64,000 nt of DNA from Antedon mediterranea. Taxonomy: Eukaryota > Animalia > Echinodermata. This document shows positions 48,401 through 61,044 of the stretch, in pieces. Numbering within the stretch: the stretch's first letter is position 1; each line of letters opens with the position of its first letter. The stretch lies in contig NC_092670.1 in NCBI RefSeq assembly GCF_964355755.1, forward strand, positions 30,244,388 through 30,308,387. Reading direction: 5' to 3'. The translations under genes and the position numbers were made by a program. Below the pieces are notes generated by a model that saw nothing but the letters and a program-made list of their open reading frames with translations, had not been told where the DNA came from and did not search any database.

Positions 48401-51400
48401 CTCATAAACATTGATTTTGAAGAACTCCACTACACCAAGAACGGCCAATTGGTCTAGTAGAATGAATCGCTTAGTGTGAGAGAGATCCCGGGTTCGGTTC
48501 ATGGACGAGCCATGTGGAAATTATAATTGTAAACAATTTGAACTTTCTCATAAACATCCATATTGAAGAAATCCACTATACCAAGAACGGGCAATAAATA
48601 AGTGGCTCGTTGGCCTAGTGGTATGATTCTCGCTTCGGGTGCGAGAGGTCCCGGGTTCGACTCCCGGACGAGCCCTGTTAAATTGAAAACGGTAAGCTTT
48701 GGTACTTTCTCGCCAAACAATGAAAATATCCACTTTACCACGAGTAAACAAAGCGTAGAGGGCTCGTTAGTCTAGTATCATGATTCTCGCTTTGGCTGCG
48801 GGAGATCCCGGGTTCAATTCCCGGATGAGCCCTGTTGAATTTATAATTTTAAACAATTTTTATTTTCTTTTAAATATCCATATTGAAATCCACTATACCA
48901 AGAACAGCCAATAAATGAGTGGCTCGTTGGTCTAGTGGTATGATTCTCGCTTAGGGTGCGAGAGGTCCCGGGTTCAATTCCCGGACGAGCCCTGTTGAAT
49001 TTATGATTTTAAACAATTTAAACTTTCTCATAAACATTGAATTTGAAGAACTCCACTACACCAAGAACGGCCAATTGGTCTAGTAGAAGAGAGATCCCGG
49101 ATTCCATTCCTGGACGAGCCCTGTGGAAATTTTATTTGTAAACAATTTGAACTTTCTCATAAACATCCATATTGAAATCCACTATACCAAGAACGGGCAA
49201 TAAATACGTGGCTCGTTGGTCACGTCTTGTGGCATGATTCTCGCTTCGGGTTCGAGAGGTCCCGGATTTGACTCCCGGACGAGCCCTGTTAAATTGAAAA
49301 TTGTAAGCTTTGGTACTTTCTCGTCAAACAATGATAATATCCAGTTTACCACGAGTAAACAAAGAGTAGATGGCTCGTTAGTCTAGTATCATGATTCTCG
49401 CTTTGGCCGCGGGAGGCTCCAGGTTCAGTTCCCGGATGAGCCATGTTGAATTTATAATTTTAAACAATTTTTATTTTCTTATAAATATCCATATTGAAAT
49501 CCACTATAAAAAGAACAGCCAATAAATGAGTGGCTCGTCGGTCTAGTGGTATAATTCTCGCTTAGGGTGCGAGAGGTCCCGGTTCAATTCCCTGACGAGT
49601 CATGCAGAATTTATTATTTTAAACAATTTGAACTTTCTCCTAAACATCCATTTTGAAGAAATCCACTATACCAAGAACAGCCAATAAATAAGTGGTTCGT
49701 TGGTCTAGTGGTATGATTCTCGCTTAGGGTGCGAGAGGTCCCGGGTTCAATTCCCGGACGAGCCCTGTAGAATTTATCATTTTAAACAATTTGAACTTTC
49801 TCATAAACATCCAATTTGAAGAAATCCACTAAACCAAAAACGGCCAATAAATGAGTGGCTCGTTGGTCTAGTGGTATGATTCTCGCTTAGGGTGCGAGAG
49901 GTCCCGGGTTCAATTCCCGGACGAGCCCTGTTGAAGTAATAATTTTTAATAATTTGTATTTTCTTATAAATATCAATATTGAAATCCACTATACCAAGAA
50001 CGGGCAATAAATACGTGGCTCGTTGGTCTAGTGGCATGATTCTCGCTTCGGGTTCGAGAGGTCCCGGGTTTGACTCCCGGACGAGCCCTGTTAAATTGAA
50101 AATTGTTAGCTTTGGTACTTTCTCGTCAAACAATGATAATATCCAGTTTACCACGAGTAAACAAAGCGTAGAAGGCCGGCTCGTTGGTCTAGTTTCATGA
50201 ATCGTGCTTTGGGTGCGAGAGGTCCCGGGTTAAATTCCCGGACGAACCCTATTGAATTTATAATTTTAAACAATTTAAACTTTCTCATAAAAATCCATAT
50301 TTAAATCCACTATACCAAGAACAAGCAATAAATAAGTGGCTTGTTGGTCTAGTGGTATGATTCTCGCTCCGGGTGACGTGCGAGAGGTCCCGGGTTTGAC
50401 TCCCGGACGAGCCCTGTTAAATTTTAAGCTTTGGTACTTTCTCGTCAAACAATGATAACATCCACTTTACCACGAGTACACAAAGAGTAGAGGGCTCGTT
50501 AGTCTAGTATCATGATTCTCGCTTTGGCTGCGGGAGGCTCCAGGTTCAGTTCCCGGATGAGCCATGTTGAATTTATAATTTTAAACAATTTTTATTTTCT
50601 TATAAATATCCATATTGAAATCCACTATACAAAGAACAGCCAATAAATGAGTGGCTCGTTGGTCTAGTAGGATGATTCTTGCTTAGGGTGCGAGAGGTTC
50701 CGGTTCAATTCCCGGACGAGTCCTGTTGAAGTAATAATTTTTAATAATTTGTATTTTCTTATAAATATCAATATTGAAATCCACTATACCAAGAACAGCC
50801 AATAAATAAGTGGTTCGTTGGTCTATTGGTATGATTCTCGCTTAGGGTGCGAGAGGTCCCGGGTTCAATTCCCGGACGAGCCCTGTACAATTTATAATTT
50901 TAAACAATTTGAACTTTCTCATAAACATCCATATTGAAATCCACTATACCAAGAACAGGCAATAAATACGTGGCTCGTTGGTCTAGTGGCATGATTCTCG
51001 CTTCGGGTGCGAGAAGTCCCGGGTTCGACTCCCGGACGAGCCCTGTTAAATTGAAAATGGTAAGCTTTGTTACTTTCTCGTCAAACAATGAAAATATCCA
51101 CTTTACCACGAGTAAACAAAGCGTAGAGGGCTCGTTAGTCTAGTATCATGATTCTCGCTTTGGCTGCGGGAGATCCCGGGTTTAATTCCCGGATGAGCCC
51201 TGTTGAATTTATAATTTTAAACAATTTGTATTTTCTTATAAATATCCATATTGAAATCCACTATACAAAGAACAGCCAATAAATAAGTGGTTCGTTGGTC
51301 TAGTGGTATGATTCTCGCTTAGGGTGCGGGAGACCCCGGGTTCAATTCCCGGACGAGCCCTGTAGAATTTATCATTTTAAACAATTTGAACTTTTTCATA

Positions 51401-54400
51401 AACATCCATTTTGAAGAAATCCACTAAACCAAAAACGGCCAATAAATGAGTGGCTCGTTGGTCTAGTGGTATGATTCTCGCTTAGGGTGCGAGAGGTCCC
51501 GGGTTCAATTCCCGGACGAGCCCTGTTGAATTTATGATTTTAAACAATTTAAACTTTCTCATAAACATTGAATTTGAAGAACTCCACTACACCAAGAACG
51601 GCCAATTGGTCTAGTAGAAGAGAGATCCCGGATTCCATTCCTGGACGAGCCCTGTGGAAATTTTATTTGTAAACAATTTGAACTTTCTCATAAACATCCA
51701 TATTGAAATCCACTATACCAAGAACGGGCAATAAATACGTGGCTCGTTGGTCACGTCTAGTGGCATGATTCTCGCTTCGGGTTCGAGAGGTCCCGGATTT
51801 GACTCCCGGACGAGCCCTGTTAAATTGAAAATTGTAAGCTTTGGTACTTTCTCGTCAAACAATGATAATATCCAGTTTACCACGAGTAAACAAAGAGTAG
51901 ATGGCTCGTTAGTCTAGTATCATGATTCTCGCTTTGGCCGCGGGAGGCTCCAGGTTCAGTTCCCGGATGAGCCATGTTGAATTTATAATTTTAAACAATT
52001 TTTATTTTCTTATAAATATCCATATTGAAATCCACTATAAAAAGAACAGCCAATAAATGAGTGGCTCGTCGGTCTAGTGGTATAATTCTCGCTTAGGGTG
52101 CGAGAGGTCCCGGTTCAATTCCCTGACGAGTCATGCAGAATTTATCATTTTAAACAATTTGAACTTTCTCCTAAACATCCATTTTGAAGAAATCCACTAT
52201 ACCAAGAACAGCCAATAAATAAGTGGTTCGTTGGTCTAGTGGTATGATTCTCGCTTAGAGTGCGAGAGGTTCCGGTTCAATTCCCGGACGAGTCCTGTTG
52301 AAGTAATAATTTTTAATAATTTGTATTTTCTTATAAATATCAATATTGAAATCCACTATACCAAGAACAGCCAATAAATAAGTGGTTCGTTGGTCTAGTG
52401 GTATGATTCTCGCTTAGGGTGCGAGAGGTCCCGGGTTCAATTCCCGGACGAGCCCTGTAGAATTTATCATTTTAAACAATTTGAACTTTCTCATAAACAT
52501 CCAATTTGAAGAAATCCACTAAACCAAAAACGGCCAATAAATGAGTGGCTCGTTGGTCTAGTGGTATGATTCTCGCTTAGGGTGCGAGAGGTCCCGGGTT
52601 CAATTCCCGGACGAGCCCTGTTGAAGTAATAATTTTTAATAATTTGTATTTTCTTATAAATATCCATATTGAAATCCACTATACCAAGAACAGCCAATAA
52701 ATGAGTGGCTCGTTGGTCTAGTGGTATGATTCTCGCTTAGGGTGCGAGAGGTCCCGGGTTCAATTCCCGGACGAGCCCTGTACAATTTATGATTTTAAAC
52801 AATTTAAACTTTCTCATAAACATTGATTTTGAAGAACTCCACTACACCAAGAACGGCCAATTGGTCTAGTAGAATGAATCGCTTAGTGTGAGAGAGATCC
52901 CGGATTCGATTCCTGGACGAGCCCTGTGGAAATTTTATTTGTAAACAATTTGAACTTTCTCATAAACATCCATATTGAAATCCACTATACCAAGAACGGG
53001 CAATAAATACGTGGCTCGTTGGTCTAGTGGCATGATTCTCGCTTCGGGTTCGAGAGGTCCCGGGTTTGACTCCCGGACGAGCCCTGTTAAATTGAAAATT
53101 GTTAGCTTTGGTACTTTCTCGTCAAACAATGATAATATCCAGTTTACCACGAGTAAACAAAGCGTAGAAGGCCGGCTCGTTGGTCTAGTTTCATGAATCG
53201 TGCTTTGGGTGCGAGAGGTCCCGGGTTAAATTCCCGGACGAACCCTATTGAATTTATAATTTTAAACAATTTAAACTTTCTCATAAAAATCCATATTTAA
53301 ATCCACTATACCAAGAACAAGCAATAAATAAGTGGCTTGTTGGTCTAGTGGTATGATTCTCGCTCCGGGTGACGTGCGAGAGGTCCCGGGTTCGACTCCC
53401 GGACGAGCCCTGTTAAATTTTAAGCTTTGGTACTTTCTCGTCAAACAATGATAACATCCACTTTACCACGAGTACACAAAGAGTAGAGGGCTCGTTAGTC
53501 TAGTATCATGATTCTCGCTTTGGCTGCGGGAGGCTCCAGGTTCAGTTCCCGGATGAGCCATGTTGAATTTATAATTTTAAACAATTTTTATTTTCTTATA
53601 AATATCCATATTGAAATCCACTATACAAAGAACAGCCAATAAATGAGTGGCTCGTCGGTCTAGTGGTATGATTCTCGCTTAGGGTGCGAGAGGTCCCGGT
53701 TCAATTCCCGGGCGAGTCCTGCAGAATTTATAATTTTAAACAATTTGAACTTTCTCCTAAACATCCATTTTGAAGAAATCCACTATACCAAAAACGGCCA
53801 ATAAATGAGTGGCTCGTTGGTCTAGTGTGATGATTCTCGCTTAGGGTGCGGGAGGTCCCGGGTTCAATTCCCGGACGAGCCCTGTAGAATTTATGATTTT
53901 AAACAATTTGAACTCTCTCCTAAACATCCATTTTGAAGAAATCCAGTATACCAAAAACGGCCAATAAATAAGTGGATCGTTGGTCTAGTAGAATAAATCG
54001 CTAAGTTTAAGAGAGATCACGGGTTCGACTCCTGGGCGAACCCTGTTGAATTTATAATTTTAAACAATTTGAACTTTCTCATAAACATCCATATTGAAGA
54101 AATCCACTATACCAAGAACGGCCAATAAATAAGCGGCTTGTTGGTATGATTCTCGATTTGTGTGCGAGAGGTTCCGGGTTCGACTCCCAGACGAGCCCTG
54201 GTAAATTGATAGTTTTAAGCTTTGGTAGTTTCTCGTCAACAATGACACAATCCACTTTACCACGAGTAGAAGGCTGGTTTCGGTAAGTGCCAAAGACATC
54301 GGGCGGTCCCTGATTTATGTTAACTTTTCAAATGTTGCATTGTTCGTAAACAACGAAGACGAAGTATATTTACTGTCATGATAAGATAAGCCGTAGGTTC

Positions 54401-54434
54401 GACTCACTGATAAACTCTTTTAATGGTACTTTTA

Positions 54435-55304
54435 GGATGTACAATTGTTGGAGAGGTCTCCTACGTTAAATTCAGAATAAATGGGAAGTTGTCCCGCTTT
54501 CTGAATGGAGATCGCATACCTTTTGTAGAACCATTCACGAAAAGCTTGCCTCGGTTTCTCAAAATTAACCATTTTAATGCGAGAATCTTTCGTAAAGACC
54601 AACAAGATCTAACGAAATGTTTTGGATGTGGCGAGGCTGGTCATAAAATAAATGTATGTCCAAAGAAGCTCGAGTCGGTGATTTGTTACACTTGTAACAA
54701 AGTTGGGCATGTAGCTGCTAAATGCAAAGATCAGGCAGAAATTCTCACAGGTAGCAATAGCATAACACCTAGTTCTGATGGTGATTCAGATAGTAGAAAT
54801 GTTATGGAAATTTCAGAAGAAACAACCGAGCTCAATCATGATGACAAAGATGAACCTGACAATGTACAAACCGTAATTGACGTGTTAGAAGACCTGTTAA
54901 ATAAACCGTCTACACCTAGAGATACCTTAGGCTCGATTGAGTTGGAGGAGAAGGTTCAGTTGATAATGAAAGATGCCATCGACAGAGTGAAATCAGTCAA
55001 CTGTGAAGACGTGTCTAACAAGATAAAGAAGGATAAAAGGAAAGTAAAACAACGGGAAAAGAAAAAAAATGACAAACCTGAACAAGAATTGACGACAGAA
55101 AAAACAAACAAAGCTAGCAAAGGAATGAGACCAATAACCGACTTTACCACTACTACTGCTGTTACCGGAGATCAAGAAGTCGAAAGCGCGAATGAAACAT
55201 CTGCCGCAATTAGCAGACAGAACTTTGCTACAAGTAAACGAAAGAAGATTACGGTGAGCGGTGAGTCAAAAAATGCAGAAAAAAAATCTGACTCGGTTAG
55301 CTAA
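54435..55304 (+). pseudogene. LINE ORF1 (gag-like), N-terminally truncated
   Basis: NGDR motif, CFGCGEAGHKINVC and CYTCNKVGHVAAKC knuckles; the ATG in the track lies in the TSD. Confidence 0.88.
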
Positions 55305-55386
55305 GGCATCTTGCAAAATTCTGTAATCAGCAATACCGTCTTAAGGTAATGCATTTTTGTTTTTAACTATAATAATAGAAAAAAAA

Positions 55387-58300
55387 ATGAATAGACCTAA
55401 ACTATCTAATGATCATCTACAGTTAGTTTCTCTTAACATTAGAGGTCTAAGAGATGGAGAAAAAAATAAGGAAATTTTGTCAATGGTCAAAAGACCAAAG
55501 GTCCGATATTATTTTATTACAAGAAACTCATTTTGATAAAAAAATCAATTCATATATTTGATGCAGCTTGGAAAGGTAGATCGTACCATAGTTATGGAAC
55601 AACCAATAGTATATAGAGGAGTATCCATTTTATTTAAGAACGGTTTAGATGTAAAAGAAATCATTCATAAGTATTCTGACGAAGATGGAAGAATTATTAT
55701 ACTTGGTATAATATTACTTAAGAATAAACAAATAAATCTTATAAATGTATATGCACCAAATGACTATAAAGAGAGAGCAATTTTTTTAAAGAAGCTTGAC
55801 AAGAAAATTGATAATCTTTGCAATGTTAAAGATGAGTATATAATAATGGGGGGTGACATGAATTGTGTTTTACAACATAATGCTGACCAAAGAAACAGCC
55901 GCCTGTATCTAAGCTATGACAAATCTCCTGCAATTTTAAAAAAATGTATTAATAAATCAAAGCTCTATGATATTTGGAGAATAAGTCATGAAACAAAAAC
56001 CCAATTTACTTGGCGACGTAAAAATACATATAGAAGGTTAGATTACTGGCTGATATCTAGTGTATTATACAAACATGGTGATGTTATTGACACCGATATC
56101 AGACCTTCTGTTCTTTCAGACCATCAAGCTATTTTGTTGAAAATTATAAATAGTCATGAAAAAAAGGACCTGGAAATTGTAAATTCAATAATAGTTTTTT
56201 GGAGAATAAAGATTTTATACAAAGCATTTTAAATATTATTGAAAATATTTTAAAAAAAATGAAAACAAGCTTAATCCAAGTCTCTTATGGGAATACCTAA
56301 AAATGAAAACAAAGGAATTCTCGTGTAAATACGGAATAAATAAGAAAATGCAAAAAAATAGAAGAAAGAATACATTAATTAAAGAAGTGTATAAGTTAAA
56401 CGATGAGCTTGATGGTGCTTATGATCAAAAGACAGAAAAGATATTAAATAACAAATTAAACGAGCTAAACCAAATTTATACATCTGAAGCAAAAGGAGCA
56501 CAAATTAGGGCTCGAGTAGAATGGACTGAAAAAGGAGAAAGAAATACTAAGTTCTTTTTAGGTTTAGAAAAAAACAAGGCTAAGAAAAAACATATTACGT
56601 CAGTACTTAAACCTAATGGGAAAATTACTACAAACACCCAAGAAATTCTTAATGAGCAAGTTAGGTTTTTCAAAGAATTGTATAAAGAAACCCCTTCAAA
56701 CCAGGAAAATATTAATAGTTATTTTGGTAGTACTAACATCAATACACTGTCATTTGAAGAAAAGCAAAAATGTGAAGGTATGTTAACAAATTATGAATGC
56801 AAGATGGCTCCTTTAAACATGAAGTTAAATAAAAGTCCTGGTACAGATGGGCTAACAGTCGAATTTTATCGCACATTCTGGGATTCCTTAGGAAATTTAT
56901 TTTTTTTCTCTTTTGTGGGGCAACCCACTTTTATTGCAATGATAAACAGTATGGTGAAGGTTACAGTATATATGTCTATCTATCTATTTATCAATGAATA
57001 TTTAAGTGATATTACACAGACAGAGGTTAAAAGATTATATAAAATATTTTGATATTGTGTTGAAATATAGATAAAACAAACATGTATACAGAGAAAATTT
57101 ATATTACAGAGCTAAAATGATATAAAGATTGATATTCAGTATTAAAAAGAGATTTGATATAATATAAATATATATGATAAAATGGTATATTGCATTATAA
57201 GATTATGTTTTGTTTGAATACTTTTAAAAAATTGTATAGTTTTACATTTTGAACATAATATTGCTTTTATTATTTATATGATAAAATAACAAACTAATAA
57301 ATATTGCAAAGCTAAACCCAAACCGAAGTATGGGGATACGCCCTCGTCGCTAGCCAGGTTTATTTTAATAGATCTAGTTTAAATCCTGGCTAGCACCAGT
57401 TGCGTCTCGGTCATCCCGGACTCGGGCGCCTCCTTTATTGTGTGATTCTGTTAACTTCAGTTTCTTGAATAAAAAACTGACATCTTCGCAACGTAAAGGT
57501 ATTATTTCATTACTGTATAAAAAAGGTGAAAGAGAGAAACTTCATAATTGGAGACCTATTACTCTTTTGAATATTGATTATAAGATTATTGCACAAGTGT
57601 TAGCCAATAGGTGACATTCGGTCATTAGCTCCATAATTAATAATGATCAAAAGGGATATATCAAAGGCAGGTTCTCTGGTGAAAGCATAAGATTAATAGA
57701 AGATTTACTTAATTATAGTGACGTACATAAACAAGAAGGTGCTTTGATTTTTATAGATTTTGAAAAAACCTTTGATTCTGTAGGCAGATATTTTATGTTT
57801 AAAACTTTAGAAAAATTTGGTTTCGGTATTCAATTTATACAATGGATTAAAGTTATGTATAACGATACTGAAAGTTACATTGTAAATAATGGATGGATGT
57901 CAGAAGGTGTTTTAATGAATAGAGGAATCCGTCAAGGTTGTCCACTCTCAGCACTTTTATTTATTTTAGTAGTCGAAGTTATGGCAACAAATATAAGAAA
58001 TAATCATTTCTGTAAAGGTATCAAATTGCCGTCAGTAACTAATGAAAATGTTAATGTAAAGATTGCACAATTAGCAGACGATACTGTGATTTTTGCCAAG
58101 AATGAAAAAGCCATACAAAGTTATTTTAACGAAATAGATTGTTTTTGTGAAATGTCAGGTCTGATGCTAAATAAATCCAAGACAAGGGGAATGTGGATTG
58201 GTTGTGATAAAGAGAAAAATAGTAACTATTGTAACATTACCTTTAATCAAGAACCTATTAAGTTTCTAGGTATTTACATTGGTTATGATAAGGATATTTG

Positions 58301-59660
58301 CAATACAAAAAATTGGTATGAGAAAATTGAAAATCTAAAAAAGATCCTTAAAACTTGGGAAAAAAGAAAAATATAATTCTTTGGGAAAATCACGGTAATT
58401 AAAACACTAGCGTTATTAAAACTTATTTATAATGCAAGTGTCACAGACTTGCCAAAATCTATTATTCCTGAAATAAACAAGATTTTATACAACTTTTTAT
58501 GGAGTGGTAATAAAGAAAAAATTAAAAGAAATACTCTGATACAAAACATTGACAATGGTGGGATTAAAATGATAGACTTTATGATTGAATCTTTAAAGTT
58601 AGGCTGGGTAAAACGTTTAATAAGCCCGGATCCAGGAAAGTGGAAATGTATTCCATTTTACAATTTATATCCAATTGATTATACATTAGGCCTAAGTATG
58701 ACGGAAGCAAACTTTGAGAGGCATAATGCACTCAAATATGTGAATACATTCTATATAAATATGCTTAAAGCCTGCATACGGTTTAATAATATTTATACTA
58801 AAAAACCTCAATGTATATGTGAAATAAAAATTCAGAGGTTATGGGAGAATATATATGTCATGCATAACAAAAAATCACTATTCTGTAAATCTTGGGTGAA
58901 TTCAGGTATAAAAACAGTAGGAGATATTATGGTTAAGTCTAGATTTAAGCATATTAATGAAATAACTCCACTGTTGAAACGAAGGGAAAATGCATTTTTA
59001 AAATATATGGCACTAATTGACGCTATTCCGAGAAACTGGAAAGTTATAGTGGTTGAGAAACCCTATTGTTATATACATAAAGAAGTTGATACAATAGACA
59101 ACAATGTTAATGTTACTTCAAATTATACAACTGTCAAACAATTCTATTCCACTTTTACCGATGTAGCATATAAAGCGTGCATACCAAAAGCACAAGATAA
59201 ATGGGAAAACCAACTTCAAAATTGTTTTATTGACTGGAATCTATGTTGGAAAAACAAAGTTAAGAGTATGTTGCACATAAAAAGAGTGGCTTTCTTTAAT
59301 TTTAAGTTGCTACATAAAATTTTACCAACTAGGTGTAAGCTAAAATTATGGAATTTGTCAAACAGTAATTATTGTGAATATTGTAATGAGGAGGTTGAAA
59401 ATGAAAAGCATATGTTATTTACATGCAAACAAGTAAAACATTGCTGGGTAAAATGTTGCGCTATGCTGAAAACATGTTTTGCATTTACTCAGGAAGTTAC
59501 ATGGGAGAAAATTTTACTTGGAAAATATGATGTCAAACTAATGAAATATTTTCCATTTTAACTTTCTGTGTTTATAAAAGTAAAGTCAAACACAGACTAG
59601 GACTTGTTAAAAATGTCCATGGTTAATGTTCACTACGGAGTTAGAAGGTATAATCAATTG
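55387..59660 (+). pseudogene. LINE ORF2 (AP endonuclease - reverse transcriptase), frameshifted and interrupted
   Basis: SLNIRGL, LQETH, NVYAPN, GGDMN, RLDY, SDH; KSPGTDG, NWRPITLLN, DFEKTFD, GIRQGCPLS, QLADD; CEYC...H...C; several frameshifts, a stop at ~57612 and an insertion at 56902-57433. Confidence 0.93.
56902..57433 (-). mobile_element. Antisense non-coding retroposon (SINE-like) nested in LINE ORF2
   Basis: ORF2 reads GNL|LCDSVNFS across the gap; 6-bp TTTATT duplication (56896-56901, 57434-57439); poly(A) on the minus strand; GC-rich structured 5' head. Confidence 0.85.
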
Positions 59661-60599
59661 TGAGTTTTTAATAAATAAAGAAAAGGCAAAAAAAATGTGG
59701 TCAGATATGGACCGTAACAATTTAGCAAGGTATAAAATTAACGTTTATAAAATTGATATTTAGGTAAAGTAAAATATAACTTTTTTTTTTGATTGCCTGA
59801 AAGAGATAAAAAGAGTTATAAAATAAAGAATTCTGTGGTAAATTATACGTACATTGTTAAGGATTGAAAAACGTGTAAAGAGTGTATAACATAGAGGAAA
59901 TTTTTTTTTTCTTCCTTATACTATTAGATATAAAATGCAATGGTAGGAGTGAGATATCAGATGTACTGAAAGTTACATAATGTCAATTATATTGTATTGT
60001 ATCATTACATTACTCATGTGCAATGCATTGTAAACGAACATTTTATTGATGAAGAAATAAAAGTGGGTCGATCCTACATAAGACAAAAAAAAAATGGTAC
60101 TTTTAAATAATTATTATTAGTCAATTCGTTTCCCATTTAAAATACACGTGTTTACTAAACAAAACTGTACACTTACTGATATTAATAATTGAAATAAACT
60201 GTGGATTACAAACTATACATCCAACATAAATTATTTATTATACATTTCGAAACAAACTCCAGTTTTTAATGGCCGCGTAAAAAGTAATAATAATATGCCT
60301 AATAATAATATTAATATTAAACAAAAGCAAACATAAATTATAGGTCTATTGTTGAGTACACCAACGCCTTACCACTAACAATTTTGCTACATATATTAAA
60401 CCCTTCAAAAGTGGGTTGAAATAGTTTTATTAACATTATTCGAATGTACACGTGTATACTCCGATTTTGAAATTCAATAAAAACAAATCATAAAATTAAG
60501 GGTAATTAATTTAATTAATTTCACTTATGGCTACGTTTCACCCGTATTTTATTTTTGCCAGATTACAATGGCAGCATAAGAACAGCAAACTCAACATGA

Positions 60600-60995
60600 C
60601 AAAGCTTTGTCTACGCTATCAAAAAGAATGTAAATGCCCTAATATGGTAGTGATATGACATCAATGTGTCCATTTGGACACATCACATTTTTTTGCCGCA
60701 TAAACTACTGAACATAATAACATACAATTTAAACATAAATAATTCATTAAACATACAAATCACAATAAACAGCATTTTTTTAAATAAATATATTATTTTA
60801 TATTTATAAATAAATGTTCTTTCTAGGTAAAATATAACGTAGTGTGAAAAAACATCAGGGATGGAAAATCTAATTTCAGTATAAAGGTCTGTCTACACTA
60901 TCAAACTTTATATGACAAAAACATGTGCCCATGGACATGACAATGTCATATCACTAACATATTTGGGTACATAACACTTTGTAGATGGAGCTTAA
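60600..60995. mobile_element. Two decayed copies of a palindromic MITE family (~60601-60700 and ~60883-60995)
   Basis: Shared terminus TGTCTAC(A/G)CTATCAAA and inverted internal TAGTGATATGACAT / ATGTCATATCACTA. Confidence 0.55.
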
Positions 60996-61044
60996 GCAGC
61001 ATTGGGAAGTCAAAAGAAAAACTGTGTGGTATAATCACTTCCAC

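Larger units (their letters stand above)
34310..54275 (+). repeat. Tandem array of tRNA-Pro genes and pseudogenes (AGG, CGG, TGG), period about 155-160 bp, roughly 125-130 units
   Basis: Repeated GGCTCGTTGGTCTAGTGGTATGATTCTCGCTT(A/C/T)GGGTGCGAGAGGTCCCGGGTTCAATTCCCGGACGAGCCC with homologous spacers; unit count estimated from length, not counted. Confidence 0.98.
54435..60092 (+). mobile_element. 5'-truncated Tx1/L1-clade non-LTR retrotransposon, decayed
   Basis: ORF1 with two CCHC knuckles, ORF2 with APE, RT and C-terminal zinc motif, AATAAA and poly(A), 13-bp TSD AATGGTACTTTTA at 54422-54434 and 60093-60105. Confidence 0.93.

Noticed and set aside
34310-54275. CRISPR-like repeat-spacer appearance
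   Set aside because: The repeats are tRNA genes, the spacers are homologous rather than unique, there are no cas genes and the context is eukaryotic.
35806-54299. Dozens of near-identical 60-120 aa ORFs (MVKWIF..., MKSTIP..., MFTRGK...)
   Set aside because: They are chance translations through tRNA-Pro units and spacers on both strands.
54423-54434. ATG start of LINE ORF1
   Set aside because: It lies in the target-site duplication; ORF1 is 5'-truncated.
57332-57433. Hammerhead or HDV ribozyme in the nested insert head
   Set aside because: The three-way fold lacks the CUGANGA/GAAA core and I could not build an HDV double pseudoknot; kept only as an unknown structure.
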